64,000 nt of DNA, taken from assembly GCF_018350175.1 (NCBI RefSeq), contig NC_058368.1, forward strand, positions 159,156,001 to 159,220,000, given 5' to 3'. A model generated the notes under the pieces. That model was given only the letters and a program-made list of their open reading frames with translations, was not told the DNA's origin and did not search any database. Position numbers and translations under genes: made by a program. The number at the start of each line of letters is the position of its first letter. Position 1 is the stretch's first letter. The DNA comes from Felis catus. Taxonomy: Eukaryota. Of the stretch, positions 1-12,005 are shown piece by piece.

Positions 1-489
1 TTAGTTTAAATTGCATGCTATCAGAGAATCTAAAAGCTTTTCTTACAAAGATGTGGGAACTTGTAGAAGGGAAGAGAAGTGGAACTCAGTGAGTTCTCAT
101 CCCAAATTTACTACATCTGACCTTGAGCACACCTAATAATCTTTCTGGGCTTGAGTTCTTTGGTGTAGAATGAAGATAATTTATTGTATTTATCTTGTCT
201 ATGTTTTGTGAAGATTAGTGAGTTAATCATAATCCAAATACATTCTGGAATTCTGTAATGACAAAAACATGATAAATGTTGAGTACATTGTTGAGACTAA
301 AAAGGAAGGTTATGTTTCTCATACTCATGATCTAATGGGTTGCCATAGGGGTTAGGATTAAGTCCTTTCCTTTTTAGTATTACTGACAGGAGTACATTTC
401 TTATAATGACAAGAACTTCCAAGAATGTGTATGAAGTAGCTGGAAGGGAGTATGCCACTCAAGGTAACAACCATCTCCACGGTCAAAGT

Positions 490-615
490 GCCCACATTCT
501 AATCCTGGCTCTGCCACTACCTAGCAATCTATCGCCAGGCAATTTCCTTAATTTTTTTCTGAGCTTTGGATACCATACCTATAATTTGACAACAATAATA
601 TCTATGTCAGGTGGC
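490..615 (+). mobile_element. MIR SINE fragment (ancient)
   Basis: tctaatcctggctctgccactacctagc...ggcaatttccttaat...ctgagc resembles the MIR core; boundaries approximate. Confidence 0.55.
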
Positions 616-624
616 ATTCATGCC

Positions 625-1385
625 AAATTATTTAGCATAAATTTGTTATCTAACATATCCGGTGTTGTTTTGGGTGCCAGAGATAGAAAAAAATTTACCC
701 TAAAAAAGCTTACATTGTAAAAGAAAGACCAAAAAAATAAGACGAAAATCAACAACATGGTTTCAGATGATAAAGACTACAAATGAGATAAAACAAGCTA
801 AGGAGATGGGAGAATGATGTGGAATACGAAGTGTAATTTGCAAGTGGTCAGTGTAGTCTGAATGATGCAAAGAAAAATAGGCCATATGAGAACTTGTAGA
901 TGAAATATTCCAGATAGAGGGAACAGAAAGAGAAAGGCAGGAGGTAGGCAGGAGCTTGGCACGTTTGTGGATAAAGAAATGGGCATTAGAGTGATTGAGC
1001 AGAGTGTACTAGAGGGAGATGGTAGAAGATGAGGGGAGAATGGTAGCTAAGAGCCATCTTATACTGGCCCTCCTCGTCATGGTAAAGAATGTATATTTTA
1101 TTCTAAGTGTTGTGAGAATCCACTGGAAGGTTTTAGCACCGGAATGTAGTTTTGTAAAGACCTCTCTGGCTGCTGGGTTGAGGATAGACGCACAAGAACA
1201 AGAATGGAAACAAATGAGATAGGATAGTGAATCAGAGTCAGTGGAGGTAACAGCTGTAAGGCTTGGGGTGCATTTTGAAGTTTCAATAGGCAGTTAATTC
1301 TGATGTGTTAGAGGAGGGAAGTGAAAGAAAAAGAGGAGTCAAAGATGGTGCTTGTATTTTGGTTGTCAGCATGGAAGGTAGTGTT
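625..1385 (-). mobile_element. L2 LINE 3' fragment (ancient)
   Basis: Recalled antisense L2 motifs: atattccagatagagggaacag, catggtaaagaat...ttttattctaagtg...ccactggaaggtttt, gagtcaaagatg. Confidence 0.6.
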
Positions 1386-1774
1386 AGCCTAAAATAAATG
1401 CATGCAAAGTTTACCATCATGACAAAAAAAGGAGGGGGTGGGGAGACATATACTAAATCCTCAGTGAAAAGCAAGAAAAATGAAGATAGAGGTTGGAAAA
1501 AAAAAAGCAAATATTGGGATGCTTGGCAGGATCATACTAAGTAACTTGGAATCTTCCAAACACATAAGCACACCGCAGCAAGCAATCATTTGTAATAACG
1601 GATTAAGGGATGAAGATGCTAACTATGCAACATGGAAACTCTGTAGCCATACAAAACTTTATGGTTTGTATCTTGAATTGTTAGACTGAAGTTGAAACTT
1701 CAAAATGAATAAAAGAACATTTTAGTAAAAAACAAGTAGAGATAATTTGGATAAAAAGAAAGCAACTGGTAATG

Positions 1775-1812
1775 ATAATCTGGTTTACAAAATATAATCT
1801 GGTTTACAAAAT
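1775..1812. repeat. Perfect 19-bp tandem duplication
   Basis: ataatctggtttacaaaat x2 (1775-1793, 1794-1812). Confidence 0.9.
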
Positions 1813-4346
1813 ATGATTTGTTCTGTTTCTGGTAGAAGGCATTTAGAAATCTGCTAACCAGAATACATTCAGCTATCTGTCATTTTGGAGGTCGGATCCA
1901 AAAGGCCATGGGTAATATTTTACATAATAAGAAAACAAAAGGTCAACATATCACACATAAACAACAGAATTTGATTTGACCACGGGTATACAAAATAATA
2001 TAGTGAGCTAACATGTATTTGCATTGTAATTGGAAGACAATTCCTCACACTAAAAAAGGAGGTGGGGAGAGGGAGAAAGGGAAGAGAGAGGGAAAAGTAA
2101 ATTAAAAGATGAAGAAAAGGAAACACTGCTGGCTTTCATTTATAAACAACAACAAAAAAAGATTTTTAATAGATAAGAATGCTAGTCTTTATCTTCACAT
2201 AAAAGCTTCTGCGACATGCCCCTCTGCTGTTGGGAGAGCACGGAGTTAAGGAAGATGTAGTTCAACTGGGAAAAGTTTAAGAGAAACAAAAACTGGTACG
2301 CAAAGTGAAAAGGGGAAATAGTCACTAAAAATCTGTTTGTGACTCAAAAATTTCTTAATTATACAGATGAACCAGAATTCCAGAATTGTGAACGTAACGA
2401 TTCAGCACATTCCAGGAAAATTAGAAAAATGTGGAAATTAGACACAGAAGCTTAGAAGTAGGTGATGAATAGCAATCCTGCAACACATGTAGGCAGACTG
2501 AACAGGTGAAAGAGATTGCTACAGTATGGGGATAAATTTGCTTGCAGTATGAACATCCAAGTCTTTCCTCTGTTCAGTCGTTGTATTTTCCTTGACAGAT
2601 GATTTACTGGTACTTTGATACACCACTATGGTTAAAGACATATACAGATAATTACATTTTCATGGAAATAATATCCCTCTACTAGTTGTAAAGGAGCACA
2701 ATATTAACAAATAACAATACAAATAAAATATAAGCAGTTGAAAGCTATTTTTTCCTGAAAACCTACAACTTAGTTTATAAAATGTTGTTTTATAATAGAA
2801 AAATCAGATTTCTTCATATTATAAATGATATACAGAGGTTCCATGGTGGATAATGATAACAATTTTTGGTTCTCAGTTTGGTCTTTAACTTCTTAAGAAT
2901 ACATAATTAGTGAACATTCTGGAGTGGGTGGCATGAGAGTAATGCTTCAGAATATCAGAAAAAAATATGCTTTTTAAATTAACTAGGTATAGTTCCTGGG
3001 AGCAATGTCATTTATTTTTATTAAATAGTTTTTTTCACAGACTATTTGTAAGAGGGAATATATATGTTACATCTTTGTGTTTCAGTCAAGGACCCATATA
3101 CTCTGTTCAGGATCCATTCTCCCAGTGTAAGTGATTCCAATAAATGGAAATGGTAGTTTAATATATGTAAAAGATCTAAAAATGTTTTTGCTTCTGTTGG
3201 TTGCACATGCACTTTAATATTTATTCAACTGAGGACATATTTCTGATTGTTCTGATTGAGGACATTTAAAACAATCAGAAAATATAAGCAAGAATAAAAT
3301 TGAATATATCCTCTCTTGGAGATGGTTGTGGTTCAGCTTGAGCTGGCTGCCAGTGACCATTTGCATGAATAATTTATATGAAGTGTATGAGAATGTTTTC
3401 TAAACATACTGTTTAGGGCAAATAAAAGGGAGGGTGGTAGAGAAAGAGACTATAAGAGGAAGGAAGACTACATAATTTCAACTTGGACTCAGGGTCTTGT
3501 TCTGACTGTGCTAGAGAGCAATGAATTTTCTCTATTTCTCTAAAACACATTATGGCTCAGTTCAGTGAGGAATGGAGGGAAGGAATGTAGCACTATCTTG
3601 TCACCCCAAATCCTCATGCTTTGCATGGAGGTAAACATGGGCAAAGTGTGCACTGGAAAGGGTAGTGCTTTTTGGGAAATCCCTTCTGAACAGGAAGACC
3701 ATGATAAGGTAAAAGAGATGATGAATCCTGTCAGGAAAGAGGTAGCAACAGTGGGAAAGAATGCTGTGTAAGCATTAATACTGTATAAATAGTTATTTAG
3801 CACATACCATGTGACAGACAGTAAACCGGGGACAAAACAAAAAACAATGAGTATGACATATTCAGTTATGCTTTTTAAGAGTTTATCTTTTCACAAGGGA
3901 ATGGGAGATGCAAATAACATGAATAAACATGTAAATTGTATATATATATATTTAATGTACATATTCATTTATATAAATAAACATGTAGATAATATATATG
4001 TATATTAATTAAATAGTATGATAGAGAAGAGGTTCATGATTTTAGAACATTTCAGTGTGCTAGGTATAGAAGGATTGAGGAAATATGTATGTGGTCTGTG
4101 AGAGTACAGTTGAACTTCATCAATTTCATTTACTCACCATCTGAACACTAGAGGAAAACCCTAAGATGGCAAGGAAATAGAAGAGCAAAGGGAAACATGT
4201 ATTTTTTCTCCCAGCTCTTTGTCATCTAGGGCCCAGTGTATGAGTTGATCTCAGAAAATAGGATGCTGCCAACCAGGCCCCTGAATGTGGAAGTTGAGAG
4301 TATTTGACAGTATACAAGAATTGGAACATGGCTCTTGATTTTAGAA

Positions 4347-4545
4347 CAGTTTCCCAATCTCTACCCATTTTTGAATTGGATATTCCTTTGTTTTGGGGGT
4401 TGCTTGCCATCCTTTGCATTGTAGGACATTTAGCAGCATCCCTGGCCTCTACCCACTAGATGCCAGTAGCATCCCTTTGTTGTGACAACCAAAATGTCTC
4501 CAAATGTTGCCAAAATCCCATGGGGATGATAAAATCATCTCTGGA
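4347..4545 (-). mobile_element. MER20 (hAT-Charlie) DNA transposon relic
   Basis: gcagcatccctggcctctacccactagatgccagtagc...ttgtgacaaccaaaatgtctcc...tgccaaa matches the reverse complement of the recalled MER20 consensus. Confidence 0.8.
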
Positions 4546-5355
4546 TATTTGTAAGCTTGGCACGAGTAGTTTTGGTGGATTGAATGAGATGGAAGCTGGA
4601 TGACAGGAAACTGCAGAGGGAGGTGAAAGAGAGGGCAGTCTGATAGTTACTATAGAGTGCTCTGCCACAGTGTTTTGCTGAAAATTGGAGCTGAGCTATA
4701 GACAATGATATCTTGAGGGGAGAAGTATGAGGATACCTGAATGCTAATGAGAAGCCAATAGAGGAGAAAAAGGATGAAGGAGAGAAGATAATTAATATAT
4801 CAAGGTCTCTGAAAAGATGGGAGAAACCACACACTCATAAATGTTACTCAACTCAGATCTAAGAACTGGTACTGGTTCAATGGATTTTTACTCTTTTGTG
4901 GATGCAGATGTAAAGAAATTGAGGATAAAGATTGAGAAAGTTTATAGCAATTAGACAGTCAATTTATATTAGTTGACTCTGATAATACACATTTTGTCTT
5001 GCATTTTATACCTGTGGTTTACTTTATTTTTCTAGTTACTCATTTTTCTTAAATATTTTAAAAAATATAGCCTATGATGGATTGGCAGTAAGAAAAATCT
5101 GATTCTTCAAATATCATTTGAGGAACTGTGATGTTGACACAGGTAGAATGATCAGACAAATCTAAGTCAAGAGAAAGAGGAAATGACAGTACAAGAAAAA
5201 TTTTCTCTGTAAAGTAGCCTTTCAGAGTGTCATCTCCTGAAAGTGAAGTGGGAAGTGGCTGAGTCCATGGTTTTGGAAGAGTGGACTTTGGAAAAAATGC
5301 TGTTAGGTACAGGACGTTGCCCTCCCTGACCAGAGGGACATAAAAACATGCCTGT

Positions 5356-5563
5356 GGGGCCCCTGTTTGGCTCAGGTGGTTAAGCCTCTGACTCCTGGTT
5401 TTGACTCAGGTCATATCTCATGGTTTGTAACTTTGAGCCCTGCATCAGGCTCCTTGCTGACAGTGTGGAACCTGCATGGGATTCTCTCTCTCCCTCTCTC
5501 TTTGGCCCTCCTGACACCTCTCTCTCAAAATAAACAAATAAACTTTAAAAAACAAACAAAAAC
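5356..5563 (+). mobile_element. CAN-SINE, older copy
   Basis: tRNA-like head ggggcccctgtttggctcaggtggttaagc, CT-rich block, aaaataaacaaataaac tail. Confidence 0.85.
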
Positions 5564-6694
5564 CGAACCTGGTTATTGAGGGCTCGGGTCCTTGCATTTA
5601 TAGTGCAGCCAATCAAGATAACCACAGACTTCCAGAAATGGTTAGGAGAAATGTAAGCAGTTGTGCGGTGTGTGAGCAAGTGGGCATAATAAACCAGTGA
5701 AATTGGTGAATAAATGCTAATGCAACATTGGTTAACAACAGGCTGATAAGGAAGGAGAAATGTTTTTTAATTATTTTAACATGCATATTTAAATAGATTA
5801 CATACCATGATCAATGGTAGATGCTCAGATATTTATCAAGCCTTCTGACAGAGACATTTAGATACATTTATAATGTAAAGCCTGAGGTTTAAGAGATTAA
5901 GAACCCTTGTAGCAATGCAGTAAACTAGAAATAAAACTAGGGCCAGGTTCTAGATTTCTGATTCCCTATATTGGACTTGTTTTTAACTGTATAAAACCTT
6001 TTTTAAAAGACACATAAAATTCTCATATACTGTGACAAAGTAAAGGCACAAGTTCTTTACAATGAGAGAGAAGTCTGGAATGTCTGTGAGTTTTCTCGAA
6101 ATGATTTTTTCAGGTTGCTCATTTTGCTTAGTGTTTCAAATACAGAGACACCTGGGAATCAGCTTTAGGTTATCACATTCATTCATTGTCTTCTAAGAAT
6201 ATCATTTTGTAATAAATTTTGCTGCCATTCTCCTGGTGGACTGTCAGGAGCATATAATAATAATACGTTACATTTATATATTGGTTCACAGTTTCTTAAG
6301 TACTTTTACATACATTACCTTACATGAGCCCCATCACAGCCTGGTGAATATATTTACTGACGCTTTATTTTATTCATGACTGTTTATTGATATAAATACT
6401 TATAAATCAAATACTTATAAATAAGTAAGTCATACTTATTTCCCTTACTTATATGGTTAGTTAGCTATGGAAAGTTCTAATCAGACAAGCAAATGATACA
6501 GAGCAAAGAGAAGTGAAAAGTGTTAATGACAATTCTGAATTGCTTGGGCCCATTCCTGGATTTGGTTAAATCATAAAAAGTATGCTGTATGCCTCCTTAG
6601 GAATTAGCATTATTTAAATATATTTTCTTACATCTAGTCAGAGCACTACAGACCATTTACAGGGTAAGACTGAATGTTTAAAAATTGAAAATCA

Positions 6695-6915
6695 GGGGCG
6701 CCTGGGTGCCTCAGTCGGTTAAGCAGCCGACTTCGGCTCAGGTCATGATCTCGCGGTCCGTGAGTTTGAGCCCAGCGTGGGGCTCTGTGCTGACAGCTCA
6801 GAGCCTGGAGCCTGTTTCGGATTCTATGTCTCCCTCTCTCTGACCCTCCCCCGTTCATGCTCTGTCTCTCTCTGTCTCAAAAATAAATAAACGTTAAAAA
6901 AAATTTAAATAGAAA
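6695..6915 (+). mobile_element. CAN-SINE (SINEC_Fc-like), young
   Basis: ggggcgcctgggtgcctcagtcggttaagc head, CpGs retained, A-rich tail; TSD taaaaattgaaaa(t/c)ca at 6679-6694 and 6916-6931. Confidence 0.95.
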
Positions 6916-7233
6916 TAAAAATTGAAAACCATTTTCAAGATACTATTGGTAAATTTGGAACACTAACCATTTATTTTTATTTTTATTTTAACATTTATTT
7001 ATTCTTTTTTTTTTATGAAATTTATTGACAAATTAGTTTCCATACAACACCCAGTGCTCATCCCAAAAGGTGCCCTCCTCAATACCCATCACCCACCCTC
7101 TCCTCCCTCCCACCCCCCATCAACCCTCAGTTTGTTCTCAGTTTTTAAGAGTCTCTTATGCTTTGGCTCTCTCCCACTCTAACCTGTTTTTTTTTTTTTT
7201 CCTTCCCCTCCCCCATGGGTTCCTGTTAAATTC

Positions 7234-10200
7234 TCAGGGTCCACATAAGAGTGAAACCATATGGTATCTGTCTTTCTCTGTATGGCTTATTTCACTTAGC
7301 ATCACACTCTCCAGTTCCATCCATGTTGCTACAAAAGGCCATATTTCATTTTTTCTCATTGCCACGTAATATTCCATTGTGTATATAAACCACAATTTCT
7401 TTATCCATTCATCAGTTGATGGATATTTAGGCTCTTTCCATAATTTGGCTATTGTTGAGAGTGCTGCTATGAACATTGGGGTACAAGTAGCCCTATGCAT
7501 CAGTACTCCTGTATCCCTTGGATAAATTCCTAGCAGTGCTATTGCTGGGTCATAGGGTAGGTCTATTTTTAATTTTCTGAGGAACCTCCACACTGCTTTC
7601 CAGAGCGGCTGCACCAATTTGCATTCCCACCAACAGTGCAAGAGGGTTCCCGTTTCTCCACATCCTCTCCAGCATCTAGAGTCTCCTGATTTGTTCATTT
7701 TGGCCACTCTGACTGGCGTGAGGTGATACCTGAGTGTGGTTTTGATTTGTATTTCCCTGATAAGGAGCGACGCTGAACATCTTTTCATGTGACTGTTGGC
7801 CATCCGGATGTCTTCTTTAGAGAAGTGTCTATTCATGTTTTCTTCCCATTTCTTCACTGGGTTATTTGTTTTTCAGGTGTGGAGTTTGGTGAGCTCTTTA
7901 TAGATTTTGGATACTAGCCCTTTGTCCGATATGTCCTTTGCGAATATCTTTTCCCATTCCGTTGGTTGCCTTTTAGTTTTGTTGGTTGTTTCCTTTGCTG
8001 TGCAGAAGCTTTTGATCTTCATAAGGTCCCAGTAATTCACTTTTGCTTTTAATTCCCTTGCCTTTGGGGATGTGTCGAGTAAGAGATTGCTACGGCTGAG
8101 GTCAGAGAGGTCTTTTCCTGCTTTCTCCTCTAAGGTTTTGATGGTTTCCTGTCTCACATTTAGGTCCTTTATCCATTTGGAGTTTATTTTTGTGAATGGT
8201 GTGAGAAAGTGGTCTAGTTTCAACCTTCTGCATGTTGCTGTCCAGTTCTCCCAGCACCATTTGTTAAAGAGGCTGTCTTTTTTCCATTGGATGTTCTTTC
8301 CTGCTTTGTCAAAGATGAGTTGGCCATACGTTTGTGGGTCTAGTTCTGGGGTTTCTATTCTATTCCATTGGTCTATGTGTCTGTTTCTGTGTCAATACCA
8401 TGCTGTCTTGATGATGACAGCTTTGTAGTAGAGGCTAAAGTCTGGGATTGTGATGCCTCCTGCTTTGGTCTTCTTCTTCAAAATTCCTTTGGCTATTCGG
8501 GGCCTTTTGTGGTTCCATATGAATTTTAGGATTGCTTGTTCTAGTTTCGAGAAGAATGCTGGTGCAATTTTGATTGGGATTGCATTGAATGTGTAGATAG
8601 CTTTGGGTAGTATTGACATTTTGACAATATTTATTTTTCCAATCCATGAGCAGGGAATGTCTTTCCATTTCTTTAAATCTTCTTCAATTTCCTTCATAAG
8701 CTTTCTATAGTTTTCAGCATACAGATCCTTCACATCTTTGGTTAGATTTATTCCTAGGTATTTTATGCTTCTTGGTGCAATTGTGAATGGGATCAGTTTC
8801 TTTATTTGTCTTTCTGTTGCTTCATTGTTAGTGTATAAGAATGCAACTGATTTCTGTACATTGATTTTGTATCCTGCAACTTTGCTGAATTCATGTATCA
8901 GTTCTAGTAGACTTTTGGTGGAGTCTATCGGATTTTCCATGTATAATATCATGTCATCTGCAAAAAGTGAAAGCTTGACTTCGTCTTTGCCAATTTTGAT
9001 GCCTTTGATTTCCTTTTGTTGTCTGATTGCTGATGCTAGAACTTCCAGCACTATGTTAAACAGCAGCGGTGAGAGTGGGCATCCTTGTCGTGTTCCTGAT
9101 CTCAGGGAAAAAGCTCTCAGTTTTTCCCCATTGAGGATGATGTTAGCTGTGGGCTTTTCATAAATGGCTTTTATGATCTTTAAGTATGTTCCTTCTATCC
9201 CGACTTTCTCAAGGGTTTTTATTAAGAAAGGGTGCTGGATTTTGTCAAATGGTTTTTCTGCATCGATTGACAGGATCATATGGTTCTTCTCTTTTTTTTT
9301 TTTGTTAATGTGATGTATCACATTGATTGATTTGCGAATGTTGAACCAGCCCTGCATCCCAGGAATGAATCCCACTTGATCATGGTGAATAATTCTTTTT
9401 ATATGCCATTGAATTCGATTTGCTAGTATCTTATTGAGAATTTTTGCATCCATATTCATCAGGGATATTGGCCTGTAGTTCTCTTTTTTTACTGGGTCTC
9501 TGTCTGGTTTAGGAATCAAAGTAATACTGGCTTCATAGAATGAGTCTGGAAGTTTTCCTTCCCTTTCTATTTCTTGGAATAGCTTGAGAAGGATAGGTAT
9601 TATCTCTGCTTTAAACGTCTGGTAGAACTCCCCTGGGAAGCCATCTGGTCCTGGACTCTTATTTGTTGGGAGATTTTTGATAACCGATTCAATTTCTTCG
9701 CTGGTTATGGGTCTGTTCAAGCTTTCTATTTCCTCCTGATTGAGTTTTGGAAGAGTGTGGGTGTTCAGGAATTTGTCCATTTCTTCCAGGTTGTCCAATT
9801 TGTTGGCATATAATTTTTCATAGTATTCCCTGATAATTGTTTGTATCTCTGAGGGATTGGTTGTAATCATTCCATTTTCATTCATGATTTTATCTATTTG
9901 GGTCATTTCCCTTTTCTTTTTGAGAAGCCTGGCTAGAGGTTTGTTAATTTTGTTTATTTTTTCAAAAAACCAACTCTTGGTTTCGTTGATCTGCTCTACA
10001 GTTTTTTTAGATTCTATATTGTTTATTTCTGCTCTGATCTTTATTATTTCTCTTCTTCTGCTGGGTTTAGGCTGCCTTTGCTGTTCTGCTTCTAGTTCCT
10101 TTAGGTGTGCTGTTAGATTTTGTATTTGGGATTTTTCTTGTTTCTTGAGATAGGCCTGGATTGCAATGTATTTTCCTCTCAGGACTGCCTTCGCTGCGTC

Positions 10201-11061
10201 CCAAAGCGTTTGGATTGTTGTGTTTTCATTTTCGTTTGTTTCCATATATTTTTAAATTTCTTCTCTAATTGCCTGGTTGACCCACTCATTCGTTAGTAGG
10301 GTGTTCTTTAACCTCCATGCCTTTGGAGGTTTTCCAGACTTTTTCCTGTGGTTGATTTCAAGCTTCATAGCATTGTGGTCTGAAAGTATGCATGGTATAA
10401 TTTCAATTCTTGTAAACTTATGAAGGGCTGTTTTGTGACCCAGTATATGATCTATCTTGGAGAATGTTCCATGTGCACTCGAGAAGAAAGTATATTCTGT
10501 TGCTTTGGGATGCAGCGTTCTAAATATATCTGTCAAGTCCATCTGATCCAATGTCTCATTCAGGGCCCTTGTTTCTTTATTGACCGTGTGTCTAGATGAT
10601 CTGTCCATTTCTGTAAGTGGGGTGTCAAAGTCCCCTGCAATTACCACATTCTTATCAATAAGGTTGCTTATGTTTATGAGTAATTGTTTTATATATTTGG
10701 GGGCTCCGGTATTCGGCGCATAGACATTTATAATTGTTAGCTCTTCCTGATGGATAGACCCTGTAACTATTATATAATGTCCTTCTTCATCTCTTGTTAC
10801 AGCCTTTAATTTAAAGTCTAGTTTGTCTGATATAAGTAGGGCTACTCCAGCTTTCTTTTGGCTTCCAGTCGCATGATAAATAGTTCTCCATCCCCTCACT
10901 CTCAATCTAAAGGTGTCCTCAGGTCTAAAATGAGTCTCTTGTAGACAACAAATAGATGGGTCTTGTTTTTTTATCCATTCTGATACCCTATGTCTTTTGG
11001 TTGGTGCATTTAATCCATTGACATTCAGTGTTATTATAGAAAGATACGGGTTGAGAGTCAT
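7234..11061 (-). pseudogene. ORF2: LINE-1 ORF2 (APE endonuclease, reverse transcriptase, C-terminal CCHC domain), disrupted by three in-frame stops
   Basis: Starts MTLNPYLSIITLNVNGLN (ATG 11061); CLQETH and SDHNAM endonuclease motifs; QGCPLSP and LFADDMI RT motifs; CWRGC...HCWWEC knuckle. The four ORF-track pieces share one frame, with stops at 10252-10254, 8392-8394 and 7873-7875; 3828 nt in total. Confidence 0.96.
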
Positions 11062-11111
11062 TGTGATGTCTGTATGTTTTATGCTTGTAGTGATGTCTCT
11101 GGGACTTTGTC

Positions 11112-12005
11112 TCACAGGGTCCCCCTTAGGATCTCTTGTAGGGCTGGTTTAGTGGTCACAAATTCCTTCAGTTTTTGTTTGTTTGGGAAGACCTTTATCT
11201 CTCCTTCTATTCTAAATGACAGACTTGCTGGGTAAAGGATTCTCGGCTGCATATTTTTTCTGTCTAGCACCCTGAAAATCTCCTGCCAATTCTTTCTGGC
11301 CTGCCAAGTTTCAAAAGAGAGGTCAGTCACGAGTCTTATAGGTCTCCCTTTATATGTGAGGGCACGTTTACCCCTTGCTGCTTTCAGAATTTTCTCTTTA
11401 TCCTTGTATTTTGCCAGTTTCACTATGATATGTCGTGCAGAAGATCGATTCAAGTTACGTCTGAAGGGAGTTCTCTGTGCCTCTTGGATTTCAATGCCTT
11501 TTTCCTTCCCCAGTTCAGGGAAGTTCTCAGCTATTATTTCTTCAAGTACCCCTTCAGCACCTTTCCCTCTCTCTTCCTCCTCTGGGATACCAATTATGTG
11601 TATATTATTTCTTTTTAGTGTATCACTTAGTTCTCTAATTTTCCCCTCATACTCCTGGATTTTTTTATCTCTCTTTTTCTCAGCTTCCTCTTTTTCCATA
11701 ACTTTATCCTCTAGTTCACCTATTCTCTCCTCTGCCTCTTCAAGCCGAGCTGTGGTGGTTTCCATTTTGTTACGCATTTCGTTTAAAGCGTTTTTCAGCT
11801 CCTCGTGACTGTTCCTTAGTCCCTTGATCTCTGTAGCAAGAGATTCTCTGCTGTCCTGTATACTGTTTTCAAGCCCAGCGATTAATTTTATGACTATTAT
11901 TCTAAATTCACTTTCTGTTATATTATTTAAATCCTTTTTGATCAGCTCATTGGCTGTTGTTATTTCCTGGAGATTCTTCTGAGGGGAATTCTTCCGCTTG
12001 GTCAT
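11112..12005 (-). CDS. ORF1: LINE-1 ORF1p (coiled coil, RRM and CTD; RNA chaperone), intact, 297 aa
   Basis: ATG at 12005 (MTKRKNSPQK); heptad-rich coiled coil; KRNNIHIIGIPE, RHIIVKL, DLSFETWQARKNW and PRILYPASLSF are typical ORF1p motifs; no internal stop. Confidence 0.95.
   Translation of the reverse strand: MTKRKNSPQKNLQEITTANELIKKDLNNITESEFRIIVIKLIAGLENSIQDSRESLATEIKGLRNSHEELKNALNEMRNKMETTTARLEEAEERIGELEDKVMEKEEAEKKRDKKIQEYEGKIRELSDTLKRNNIHIIGIPEEEERGKGAEGVLEEIIAENFPELGKEKGIEIQEAQRTPFRRNLNRSSARHIIVKLAKYKDKEKILKAARGKRALTYKGRPIRLVTDLSFETWQARKNWQEIFRVLDRKNMQPRILYPASLSFRIEGEIKVFPNKQKLKEFVTTKPALQEILRGTL

Noticed and set aside
406..720. 104-aa ORF and other 60-116 aa ORFs in unique or old-repeat DNA
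   Set aside because: No recognisable domains; many use non-ATG starts or overlap MIR, L2 or MLT relics; lengths are compatible with chance
2213..2232. CTCF-like sequence (ACAGCAGAGGGGCAT on the minus strand)
   Set aside because: The spacing does not fit the core (extra G); too weak to support
6695..6770. tRNA-like sequence with A and B boxes
   Set aside because: It is the tRNA-derived head of a CAN-SINE with no complete cloverleaf; the same applies to the other copies
8072..11808. Plus-strand ORFs antisense to L1 ORF1 and ORF2 (118, 141, 98 and 150 aa)
   Set aside because: Ser/Phe/Leu-rich shadow frames of the A-rich L1 coding strand; a common annotation artefact
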